The notes below the pieces were generated by a model. It had not been told where the DNA came from. It did no database searches and saw only the letters and a program-made list of their open reading frames with translations. A DNA stretch of 64,000 nucleotides from a virus. Both the position numbers and the translations under genes were made by a program. Shown here one piece after another: positions 17,315-25,336 of the stretch (its first letter is position 1; each line of letters opens with the position of its first letter). The stretch is from IMG/VR virus record IMGVR_UViG_3300037851_000547, positions 1-64,000 of that record. The stretch is one strand, 5' to 3'.

Positions 17315-18432
17315 GCTGCTTTCAGATTCGGAACCACGGTACCGGCGAGCTTCAGAAGCTCGATCTGCCTGTCGGCGTCCTCGATCTCCTGGGCGAACAG
17401 GCTGATCGCATTGCTCATCCTCCAGGCGGTGTTTCCGGGAGGAAGAAGCTCCACGTCGGGCGTGTTGTACTTGGCGGCGATCAGCTCGCGCTCTCCCTTC
17501 GTTAGCGCCGACTTCATGCGCTCCAGGAACGCTGCCGGGTTCTTGATCTCAGTGTTTGCCGCTTCCTCGATGGCCGCGCACATCGCGCCGATCCTGTCGG
17601 GTTCCAGCGATCCTCTCACGATGTCCCGGATCGCCGAAGCGCTCGTCTGCGTGTCCAGCTCGTAGGTTCGCTGGCTGTACTGGATGTCCTCCGACAGCTT
17701 CTTGCCCAGGTGGATCTGCTGCAGGCCCTCGTCGCTGATCGCGAAGTTGGTACACCACAGACGAAGCACGAAAACGCGCAGACTGTGCTTGCCGTTTCCG
17801 TAGTCGCTGTTCTCCCAGGTCGCCCCGAAGCTCACAACCTCGTTCGGCGCAGGTTCGAAGACTACAGGCATGAGGCACTTCATCATCACCTTCGTCTCGC
17901 TGGCCAGGCCCCTGATCGGAATCATGCCCAGCTCCTTGGTTACCCCTAGAAACGCGTCGAGAAGCGGCCTGCTGTCCAGGCGTCGATACGAGGTCGAGAG
18001 CCAACCGCGCAGCCTCCCACCGTAGGAACGCGCGAGGTATGACACATCATTCTGGTTTCCGTAGAACTTGTTGAAAATCTCGGACATGAGTCCAGGCCCC
18101 CAGCCTTCGGTAGACGGATTGTCGATGAGCTTGCGGTACATCGCTACCGGAATGTCTGCCCGCTGGCACATCTGGCCGACCGCGTGGTTGGCGATAGCGA
18201 GCTGCTGGTCGCCCATGTTGACCATCATGGTCCTGCACTCGTCGTCGGTCGTGAAGTTGAGCGCCCTGGCCTTCACGATGTGGTCGGTAGGCACCTCGTC
18301 CATGACCTTCTTCACGGTCATGGCTGCCGAAAGCCTACCCTCGTCGATGGTCTGTTGCATCTTGATCCTCGCGCGGGACGCGGCATCGGAAGCCGCTTCC
18401 TCGTAAGATCTGTTCCCGTGGTGATAAAGCAT
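17311..18432 (-). CDS. DUF932-family protein (phage/ICE-associated)
   Basis: 373 aa. WENSDYGNGKHSLRVFVLRLWCTNFA matches the DUF932 N-S-x-D-G-S...C-T-N core. Confidence 0.6.
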   Translation of the reverse strand: MLYHHGNRSYEEAASDAASRARIKMQQTIDEGRLSAAMTVKKVMDEVPTDHIVKARALNFTTDDECRTMMVNMGDQQLAIANHAVGQMCQRADIPVAMYRKLIDNPSTEGWGPGLMSEIFNKFYGNQNDVSYLARSYGGRLRGWLSTSYRRLDSRPLLDAFLGVTKELGMIPIRGLASETKVMMKCLMPVVFEPAPNEVVSFGATWENSDYGNGKHSLRVFVLRLWCTNFAISDEGLQQIHLGKKLSEDIQYSQRTYELDTQTSASAIRDIVRGSLEPDRIGAMCAAIEEAANTEIKNPAAFLERMKSALTKGERELIAAKYNTPDVELLPPGNTAWRMSNAISLFAQEIEDADRQIELLKLAGTVVPNLKAA

Positions 18433-18493
18433 CTCGATCCCTCCATTCTATCGACTAGCCTGTCTAGCCGATAAAAATGCCACTGTCGGTTGT

Positions 18494-19372
18494 TCATTTC
18501 GAAGGCAAGCCCTTCAATCTTCTCGGGTTACGAATCGCCTGGGCCACCTTCGAGTTGTAGACGAAGTAGTACGCCACGAGCAATCCTTCCGCCTCGTTGT
18601 GATTCGGCAGCTCGTCGCCGTGAAGCCATCGCCGCGCCACGCAGCTATTGATCGCCGTCGTCTTCGCCTGCTCACGGTTGTACCGCCCGCGACGAAGAGA
18701 AAGAACACTCGAGCGCCACTCATCGTCGGTGACGCTGAAAATTCGCGATTTCGGAAATCCCTTCTCCTCGAGCACGTCCTCCCACCGTCCCCAGGAAGCC
18801 CCCAGGCCGATGATCACCTTGAACGAGCGCTCGTCGCGCTTCCAGCCTGGGTGCCAGGTCTCCCGGCCGATGACGAGCGGCTTTCCGCGTGTCACCGCAG
18901 CTTCCCTGGCCAGATCGTAGGCGTAGCTGCGATCGACATGCGTGAGCGCTACACCGGAGTCGATGTACTGCTCCTTGTGGATGATCCCCCAGCCAGATTC
19001 CTTGCCGCTGTCGATTCCTAAAATGATGCAGTCGTTGGCTTCCATTATCGATCCGCAGTATTCTTCGAAAACAGTTCTGAGCTTTATGAGTGCAACTACG
19101 GGGTCTGAAGAAGCGACCGCCCTACTCTGGTTCACGTTGAAGAAGACTTTGGCGTACCAGAAGTACGTTTCCTCTTCTGTAATCCTAGCGTGCAGGCTCA
19201 CATCGCACGGTTCAAGCGAGCCAGAGGTTTTCAGAACGTCAGCGTTCTTGTTTACCACCTCGGCCAGCTTTTTCGCCTCCATCAGTATCTGCTCGTTCAG
19301 CGTCGGAAGCTTGCGTTGCTTTTTTCTCGCTGTCCGAGTCGGCGTCTTGCGCTTCTTTTTCTTTGCCGCCAT
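18494..19372 (-). CDS. RuvC-like (RNase H-fold) Holliday-junction resolvase with basic N-terminal extension
   Basis: ILGIDSGKESGWGII, VIGRE and NHNEAEGLLVAYYF parallel the RuvC catalytic motifs. Start uncertain. Confidence 0.5.
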   Translation of the reverse strand: MAAKKKKRKTPTRTARKKQRKLPTLNEQILMEAKKLAEVVNKNADVLKTSGSLEPCDVSLHARITEEETYFWYAKVFFNVNQSRAVASSDPVVALIKLRTVFEEYCGSIMEANDCIILGIDSGKESGWGIIHKEQYIDSGVALTHVDRSYAYDLAREAAVTRGKPLVIGRETWHPGWKRDERSFKVIIGLGASWGRWEDVLEEKGFPKSRIFSVTDDEWRSSVLSLRRGRYNREQAKTTAINSCVARRWLHGDELPNHNEAEGLLVAYYFVYNSKVAQAIRNPRRLKGLPSK

Positions 19373-19580
19373 CAGCGTCCCCTTTCACTGCTGCTGCTAC
19401 TCGGCAGGCCAGGCACCTTTCGATTCCTTCGCCGGCCACCACCCAGGTTCCGTTCATGAAATTGTGCTGCTTACACAACGAAAGAAACTTCCAGTCGCTC
19501 AAGGTGAAAGCGTGCGCTGACCGATCTTCTTCGAAAGGTCGGTAGCGCCATTTGATTGTAGAAGTAGCGGTGTCAGTCAT
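19239..19580 (-). CDS. hypothetical protein; its 3' third overlaps the RuvC-like gene out of frame
   Basis: 113-aa ORF with a low-complexity tail inside the 134-nt overlap. Confidence 0.4.
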   Translation of the reverse strand: MTDTATSTIKWRYRPFEEDRSAHAFTLSDWKFLSLCKQHNFMNGTWVVAGEGIERCLACRVAAAVKGDADGGKEKEAQDADSDSEKKATQASDAERADTDGGEKAGRGGKQER

Positions 19581-19764
19581 TGTACTTGCGATACTTCAAA
19601 CCATAGGCCCTGATCAAGAGGTCCACGAGAGTGTGAGCCACCATTTCTTCGATGAAGATCCGATTTGTCACATCGATCCCATCTTCGGTAGTCAGCTCTA
19701 CGCAATGGTTGTGAAGAATCGCGTACACCGCATCTCCCACGTATATTTTCTCCCTGTTGCTCAT
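19573..19764 (-). CDS. hypothetical small protein
   Basis: 63-aa ORF, ATGA overlap with the RadC-like gene stop. Confidence 0.4.
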   Translation of the reverse strand: MSNREKIYVGDAVYAILHNHCVELTTEDGIDVTNRIFIEEMVAHTLVDLLIRAYGLKYRKYND

Positions 19765-20225
19765 TGTCTCATGCTGGAAAACAGCCCGACATCGAGGAAG
19801 GAGTAGTGATGCTCTCCTGCTACGATGATGTGATCGAGTAGCTCTATTCCGAGCAGCTCGGAAGCCTTCTTCACGCGCTTTGTCAGGGCAAGATCTTCCT
19901 CGCTTGGAGATGGATCGTCACTCGGATGGTTGTGAGCGATGATGATCGAATTGGCTCCCGAAGCGATGGCTTCCCGGAAAATATCGACCATCTTCACGGA
20001 GCAGGACGATACACCCCCTCGAGCAGCTACGTGAAAGCCAAGGATTCGAAGCTTGGTGTCAAGGTGCAATACAAGGAAGCTTTCGGAAACCTCGTCATCG
20101 AACAGCGTTGTCAGAAGCTGCTTCGCATCGCGCGAAGATGAAAGCTTCGTCGCGTACATTTCGTATGACTCTCTGGCCACTTCGACTCGCTCCCACTTGA
20201 GCGTGGCTTTTCGTATGGTATTCAC
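19761..20225 (-). CDS. radC: RadC-like JAB/MPN-domain protein
   Basis: IIAHNHPSDDPSPSEEDLALTKRV...LLDHIIV is the canonical RadC JAB motif (HxHPxG/S...S..D). Confidence 0.85.
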   Translation of the reverse strand: MNTIRKATLKWERVEVARESYEMYATKLSSSRDAKQLLTTLFDDEVSESFLVLHLDTKLRILGFHVAARGGVSSCSVKMVDIFREAIASGANSIIIAHNHPSDDPSPSEEDLALTKRVKKASELLGIELLDHIIVAGEHHYSFLDVGLFSSMRQ

Positions 20226-20503
20226 GGCCTCACTACCCTGGCTTTGTCCCTGACGTGCTCCCAGACTCTGAGAGGAGCTTTCTCCCTGATGACAGTCATC
20301 AGGAAATACGGTCTCCCGTTCTGATCGATCGTCAATGCGAAGTAGCGCTTTTCCTTGTCGCGGAACAAGGACAGCTCCTCGTCCGTCGCCTCGCGCATCC
20401 AGTCCACGCCTTCGTTTTCGGCGACACCTTCTGCTCCAACGAGCAGCGTCACGGATTCTTCTGACATCAGGCCTCCTCTATTTCGTTTCCCCAAGAGTCC
20501 CAT
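20222..20503 (-). CDS. hypothetical protein
   Basis: 93-aa ORF. Confidence 0.45.
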   Translation of the reverse strand: MGLLGKRNRGGLMSEESVTLLVGAEGVAENEGVDWMREATDEELSLFRDKEKRYFALTIDQNGRPYFLMTVIREKAPLRVWEHVRDKARVVRP

Positions 20504-21080
20504 CCAGGCCGCCGCGACCTGGCAAAAATTTCGAGATACGGTCCTTTCGACACGGCCTCGATCTTCTCGTAGGAAGAATTCGGATTCTTGCTGTGCTTCC
20601 CCTCGGGCCGATGATGATGTTGTTCAGGTCTTTGCGGTCGGTGAAGACTTCTTGGTCCATGCCTTTTCCGCGAACGCCGAACAGCAGCAGCTCGCTGCAG
20701 CTTCGGAAGTACTTGCCGAGTCCTATCTTCAGGAAGTTATCGAAAAACTGCGCTGGTGTAAGCTCTGCCATCATTGCAATGTTGAAAGTGTTCATCGGAT
20801 CGAAAGCTTCGTTTTTCAGCTTGATCCATGGCAGCGTCCGAATGTACCGGAATCCTATGTCCTTCATGATTCCTATACCTTCCGGGAGATAGTTGTCCGT
20901 CACCCAGAAATACAGGTGAGCGTTGTCCGCTGGCCTGTACAGTAGACACTCGTACTGGATGACCTTCGGGATATCTTCGACAGAAAGAAGCTGATAGTGC
21001 CGATCGGCACCCCGCTTGATCTTCCCGCCTCCACGCTCAGGCCAGGGTGGGTCGATGAGGATCGTGTTGTATTTCTTCAT
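20478..21080 (-). CDS. MT-A70-family N6-adenine DNA methyltransferase
   Basis: ATG at 21080 gives an ATGA overlap with the upstream stop. Contains ILIDPPWPE (DPPW catalytic motif). Confidence 0.8.
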   Translation of the reverse strand: MKKYNTILIDPPWPERGGGKIKRGADRHYQLLSVEDIPKVIQYECLLYRPADNAHLYFWVTDNYLPEGIGIMKDIGFRYIRTLPWIKLKNEAFDPMNTFNIAMMAELTPAQFFDNFLKIGLGKYFRSCSELLLFGVRGKGMDQEVFTDRKDLNNIIIGPRGSTARIRILPTRRSRPCRKDRISKFLPGRGGLDGTLGETK

Positions 21081-21715
21081 AGCGTTATGATCTGCTTTCC
21101 TGGTGTTCTGAGCGACTGGCGAACCGCTCCGACTCCGTTGTGATATCCGAGAATCGCCCACAAGATCGCCTGCGGAAACGGAAAGGGTTCCCACGGAAGC
21201 TTCATATCGCGCGCTACTTTCTTCGACGCATCAAGAATACCGAGAATCGCAGGAAGCTGATTCAGGTGCTTTATTTTCTGGCTAACTGGACCCTTGCACA
21301 GCTCTGGATCGCCAAGTATCAGATACGACTTGCAGATCGATGGCCTCGTCTTGTAGACGATGCAGCGATCGAGATCATCGAGAAAGACGCACCGCTTCCT
21401 AGCCTCGAACCATTCCGTTCTGTAGCGCAAGAGTTTGTCTTCTGAGTAATCCTTCAAGAAGTCTGCCTGCTCGTTCAGTATATGAATCTTGCCAATCAGG
21501 TTCTTCATACCGAAAGGCGTCTGTATCAGGTCTCCGATAACGTAGAACGCTTCGGGGATCGTTGTGACAGTAAACTGATAGCAGCAATGCGCGCAGCCTT
21601 CCCTGCACGGAATCTGCTTCCTGGTTTCCTCTGGAATCTCTTCCAGCCATTCATCGATCAAGAGATTCGCTTCTCGGATCGGTCCGAGAGCGTTGAGTAT
21701 CCGTCCAAGTCCCAT
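21077..21715 (-). CDS. YkgJ-like putative Zn/Fe-chelating (CxxCxxCC-type) protein
   Basis: CREGCAHCC plus downstream RCVFLD...RCIVYKTRPSICKSY. Confidence 0.55.
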   Translation of the reverse strand: MGLGRILNALGPIREANLLIDEWLEEIPEETRKQIPCREGCAHCCYQFTVTTIPEAFYVIGDLIQTPFGMKNLIGKIHILNEQADFLKDYSEDKLLRYRTEWFEARKRCVFLDDLDRCIVYKTRPSICKSYLILGDPELCKGPVSQKIKHLNQLPAILGILDASKKVARDMKLPWEPFPFPQAILWAILGYHNGVGAVRQSLRTPGKQIITL

Positions 21716-21716
21716 G

Positions 21717-21932
21717 TCACACCTTCTTGAGATGCTGCATCTTCACGTTCAGCATCATGCAGTTGTGAATCACCGGCCCTTTGTCGAGCGAAACCTCTTC
21801 GACGTAATCGTAAGAGCAGGGTTTTCCGAGAGCCCACTCCAGTTCTTTCCAGGCTGCTTCGACATCTTCGCCCTGCACAACAGCTACGCCCATTCTCTCA
21901 CTGCCATCCCACTGAAAAGCAAACGTCTTCAC
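21717..21932 (-). CDS. hypothetical small protein
   Basis: GTG at 21932 follows AAAGGAGGATTC. 71 aa. Confidence 0.4.
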   Translation of the reverse strand: MKTFAFQWDGSERMGVAVVQGEDVEAAWKELEWALGKPCSYDYVEEVSLDKGPVIHNCMMLNVKMQHLKKV

Positions 21933-21943
21933 GAATCCTCCTT

Positions 21944-22324
21944 TTATTCCATTATTCCGCCGAAAACCATGACCTTCCATCCGTCAGGGATCTCCCACGG
22001 GTTGTAGATACCTGTCGCCTCCGCGGCCTGCAATACTGCCTTGCGAAGCCGCTGAAACTTCTTTTCCGGCATGAACCGAAGCCAGCCGCTCTCACGCTCG
22101 CTGTTCAGAACCGCTTCGGTGAAGGCGATTTTCGGCTTCTCCCCCCTGCGGATCTGGCACAAGATGTGGCTGCACTCGACGGGAGCTTCCCAGCTCGGGT
22201 ACGCCACCTCGCAGCCTGTCGCCGCGAAAGCGATATCCTGCCGCTCCTGGTAGGTCAGCTCCTGCCATTCGCGTTTCGTTCCCTTCCACCAGCCGCCTCT
22301 TTGGATCAACTCGTCATCTGTCAT
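21944..22324 (-). CDS. hypothetical protein
   Basis: 126-aa ORF. Confidence 0.45.
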   Translation of the reverse strand: MTDDELIQRGGWWKGTKREWQELTYQERQDIAFAATGCEVAYPSWEAPVECSHILCQIRRGEKPKIAFTEAVLNSERESGWLRFMPEKKFQRLRKAVLQAAEATGIYNPWEIPDGWKVMVFGGIME

Positions 22325-22333
22325 TTCCTCACC

Positions 22334-22702
22334 TCACGCCCAATAAATAAACTTTGCTCCTGCTGCCAGCGCCTTGTCTAGAAATACGCCAAAGTCCTGA
22401 AGCCGACGCTTTATCCCCTCCTGGTCGAGGCCGAAACTGACGAACCGGTCCTCCACGACCGTTTCCCGCGTGTGCCGCTTGGCGAGCCGGTCTATCGAGG
22501 TCTTTGTTCGAATGAACGCTTGCCTGGCCTCTGGAAGCGTCATCTGCCCGGTCAGGTCGCACTCGTCGTCAAGCGGAAACTCCAGAAGGTTCAGCATGGC
22601 CCTGGCGTTTGCGTTTGCCCAGTTCGGACCCTCGACCCCTCGAATCATGTCGAGAAGTCCAGTCTCCCTGTTCAGGACCGCCGCGTAGAAGTTGACGCTC
22701 AT
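22334..22702 (-). CDS. hypothetical protein
   Basis: 122-aa ORF. Confidence 0.45.
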   Translation of the reverse strand: MSVNFYAAVLNRETGLLDMIRGVEGPNWANANARAMLNLLEFPLDDECDLTGQMTLPEARQAFIRTKTSIDRLAKRHTRETVVEDRFVSFGLDQEGIKRRLQDFGVFLDKALAAGAKFIYWA

Positions 22703-23022
22703 CGCAGCTCTCCGTTCATGATCTGCTTGAGCTTCGTCTCCGGATTCCAGAAAATGTCGCGCTCCATCGACATGCCGAAAGAGTTCTTCGTTTCGCTGAT
22801 CTCCTTCAGGCTCGCATAGCCAAGCTCGTCATAGCTCGGGCTGATCGGAGATCGGCACCAGCCGAACAGAGCGTCTTCGCCGTCGAACTCGGTGGCGTAG
22901 AAGGTCCACCGCCCGCAGGGATCGAACAGCTTGAGCGGAACCTTCACGTCTTCCGGTTCCTTCTCTTCGTTTGAGTACAGAACCGGAAGAAGCTTCCGGA
23001 TTTCGTCAGGCATCAGGTCCAT
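22699..23022 (-). CDS. DUF2958-like protein
   Basis: ATG at 23022 follows TAGGAGTGTGAAG. VPLKLFDPCGRWTFYATEFDGEDALFGW...ELGYASLKEI matches the DUF2958 pattern. Confidence 0.6.
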   Translation of the reverse strand: MDLMPDEIRKLLPVLYSNEEKEPEDVKVPLKLFDPCGRWTFYATEFDGEDALFGWCRSPISPSYDELGYASLKEISETKNSFGMSMERDIFWNPETKLKQIMNGELR

Positions 23023-23024
23023 CT

Positions 23025-23276
23025 TCACACTCCTATCACGGTCACTTTCGAACCGTAGCTCGTCTGACTCAGGAGACTGGTCACAGGAACTGGCTGCCCG
23101 TTGATCTTGCACAAGCAGCTTCCGTGAACGACTATCGAGCCGTCCAGGCCCTTGATCACGGGACTTCCCCAGATCAAGAACAAGCCCTCCGCATCCTGCT
23201 CTGCGCCGAAAATACGGAGCGTGTGGAGAAGCTCATTCTCCTCGCCGATCCAGCTGTTCTTGTCCTGTACCTGCAT
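23025..23276 (-). CDS. hypothetical protein
   Basis: ATG at 23276 follows AAGAGGTACAAC. 83 aa. Confidence 0.4.
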   Translation of the reverse strand: MQVQDKNSWIGEENELLHTLRIFGAEQDAEGLFLIWGSPVIKGLDGSIVVHGSCLCKINGQPVPVTSLLSQTSYGSKVTVIGV

Positions 23277-23676
23277 GTTGTACCTCTTCATCTTTGATGA
23301 TCCTGTCGCAACGCTCAGCGTGCAGCTCGTAGACGCGCTTCAACCACTTCGCTTCCGTCTCGGTAACTGCGTTAGTATGCAGACCGATGTGATCCTGAAT
23401 GTCTTTCGGAGTGAGATAGATGGGTCCTCGAACCTGGCTGTACCGATACGCGCCGACCATCTTCTCCATGAAACTGATTCGATAGTAAAACTTCTTCCAG
23501 TTCTTCGCAGTGATCGACCCCATGCCTACGATCATGGTGCCCCAGATGAGAGTATCCGTGACCGGATTCAGGTATCGCTCGCCCTTTCGAGGACCATAGG
23601 GTATGTCTTTCTCCGCTGTTATGTAGCAGAGCGTCTCGTGGTCCTTGATGTCTCTCACACTCCAGTTCAACGACAT
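23233..23676 (-). CDS. hypothetical protein
   Basis: 147-aa ORF. Its 3' end overlaps the next gene by 44 nt. Confidence 0.45.
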   Translation of the reverse strand: MSLNWSVRDIKDHETLCYITAEKDIPYGPRKGERYLNPVTDTLIWGTMIVGMGSITAKNWKKFYYRISFMEKMVGAYRYSQVRGPIYLTPKDIQDHIGLHTNAVTETEAKWLKRVYELHAERCDRIIKDEEVQHAGTGQEQLDRRGE

Positions 23677-23678
23677 CT

Positions 23679-23855
23679 CTATCCCTCCTCGTAAGGCTCG
23701 TAGTCACCCCAGGAAGGGTCGTCGGGGTCTTCGATCGGCTCGTCTACGTCTCCCTGGTTGTATCCAGAAAGAATCTCAGGCCTGTACTGTGCGAGCTTCT
23801 CGGCTTCGCACACTTCGCACACCCGACACAGCGGAATACGCTGTGCATCGTACAC
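23679..23855 (-). CDS. possible small acidic CxxCxxC protein (GTG start), in frame with the PolX stop
   Basis: My translation gives VYDAQRIPLCRVCEVCEAEKLAQYRPEILSGYNQGDVDEPIEDPDDPSWGDYEPYEEG. There is no ATG, and the frame stays open back to the PolX TGA. Confidence 0.3.
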   Translation of the reverse strand: MYDAQRIPLCRVCEVCEAEKLAQYRPEILSGYNQGDVDEPIEDPDDPSWGDYEPYEEG

Positions 23856-23918
23856 CCACCAGGATATCCTGTTCGACTCCTGGCCTCCTTTGCAGCTATG
23901 TGGCGTCTTTTTCCTCCG

Positions 23919-24857
23919 TCAGTTCTCCCTGTCATGTGGCTCGGCATATTCCAGGCCCAGAATCTCGTACAGATCATGCTCGTCTGTACCGCCGATCCTG
24001 ATATCGCCCCGAAAGATGCCGTACTCGTTCACCTTCAATCCTACGGCTTTCGCAATGGCCCGAAGTCTCTCGTTGTGCATCTTCGAACCAGTGAAATAGT
24101 TGAGTGCAGAGCCCCAGCAGTCGATGTCCACCACCAGGAAGTCCACATCGATCGAGAACTTTTCGCCTACGTGCCTGAATCGAATCTTCGTTTCGCCTGC
24201 CGATTCGAGCGTTCCGTACCGCTCGGCAACGCTTCTGGCTTCTTCGACAGCCAGATCTTTCCATCCAGCGTCCGCGCCGATCAGAACGTCGAGATCCTTC
24301 ACGGTCAGGCGCCGCCTTCGCCACGATCCAGCTACTTCTACCCTGTCGATGTGCGGACACTCGCCCAGGGCGAAAACCAGTCGCTCCACAAGCGAGGCTA
24401 CAGCGAACCTGGACAACCTGCCCTGCTTTTTCCTGGCGAGCCCATCCAGAATCCTGTTGTACAGTTCGGAATCTTCCAATCCGGAGTCTTCCAGAACGAA
24501 TAGCAACTCGTCCATAGTCGTGACGCCCCAGCGCGCAGCCAGCTGCTCCGCTTTCACCGGGCCGATCCCTGGCATGAAGGTGAAATCGAGCGCCGCATCG
24601 GGAAACTCGGCTTCAAGCCGCTCCAGCTTTGTACTGGTCCCGGTAGCGCACAGGTCTTGAATTACCGAATCGATTGCCTGGCCAATCCCTTCGATGGCCA
24701 GCAAGTCCAGCTCCATGACGTGCTCGGGCAGATCCTCGACGATCTTGGATGCGTCGAGGAATGCCCTGGCACGCCAGCGATCCTTCTTGAGCTGATATAG
24801 CTGGCCGATCCGAAGCAGCTTCTGGGCAACCTCGGTATTCGACAGCTTTCCTATCAT
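23919..24857 (-). CDS. polX: family X DNA polymerase (Pol beta-like)
   Basis: Helix-hairpin-helix regions (IEGIGQAI, MPGIGPVKAEQL), AGSWRRRRLTVKDLDVLI, IDVDFLVV, YFTGSKMHNERLR, and C-terminal ILGLEYAEPHDRE. ATG at 24857 overlaps the HNH stop (ATGA). Confidence 0.9.
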   Translation of the reverse strand: MIGKLSNTEVAQKLLRIGQLYQLKKDRWRARAFLDASKIVEDLPEHVMELDLLAIEGIGQAIDSVIQDLCATGTSTKLERLEAEFPDAALDFTFMPGIGPVKAEQLAARWGVTTMDELLFVLEDSGLEDSELYNRILDGLARKKQGRLSRFAVASLVERLVFALGECPHIDRVEVAGSWRRRRLTVKDLDVLIGADAGWKDLAVEEARSVAERYGTLESAGETKIRFRHVGEKFSIDVDFLVVDIDCWGSALNYFTGSKMHNERLRAIAKAVGLKVNEYGIFRGDIRIGGTDEHDLYEILGLEYAEPHDREN

Positions 24858-25336
24858 TTGTCCTTCTCTCCATTCTTTACTTGATGAACTGATGGATTTT
24901 CTCTGCATTCATCCTTCCAGATCAGGTTATTCTTGATCATGGAAATTGTTGACTTGCTCACATTATACTTCTTCGAAAGCTCTACTCCTGACGTACCATG
25001 TTTCAGATCGGTTCGTATCTTTCTAACCACATCGAAACTCAGCTTCGCGTAAGTTGCTCTACCTTTACGAAGCATATCTAAAGCATTATCTCGTTGCGAT
25101 CCGATAAAAAGATGATCTGGTCTTACACATAAAGGCGTATCGCATTTATGCAGAACCTTTCTGCCTTCTGGCACGGAACCATGTGTAAGCTCGTATGCTA
25201 CAACATGAGCCTTTTGTACTTTTCCATGCCTGCATGTAACTCCGTATCCGTTATTTCCGTGCGGAGGTCCTGTCCACAGCCAGCAAGTGGCAGTTTTATT
25301 TACTCGTTTCCAGAATCGTTCTTTCGTGAAAACCAT
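24854..25336 (-). CDS. HNH homing-type endonuclease
   Basis: CWLWTG...NGYG...AHVVAYEL...LHKCDTPLCVRPDHLF.GSQRDN is classic phage HNH_3. A helix-turn-helix-like C-terminus follows. Markedly AT-richer than the flanks. Confidence 0.85.
   Translation of the reverse strand: MVFTKERFWKRVNKTATCWLWTGPPHGNNGYGVTCRHGKVQKAHVVAYELTHGSVPEGRKVLHKCDTPLCVRPDHLFIGSQRDNALDMLRKGRATYAKLSFDVVRKIRTDLKHGTSGVELSKKYNVSKSTISMIKNNLIWKDECRENPSVHQVKNGEKDK

Noticed and set aside
23744-23977. A 77-aa minus-strand ORF that overlaps the PolX 3' end.
   Set aside because: The sequence is Cys/Arg/Thr-rich and not protein-like, and it overlaps the PolX C-terminal motifs. The alternative frame (23679..23855) looks more like coding sequence.
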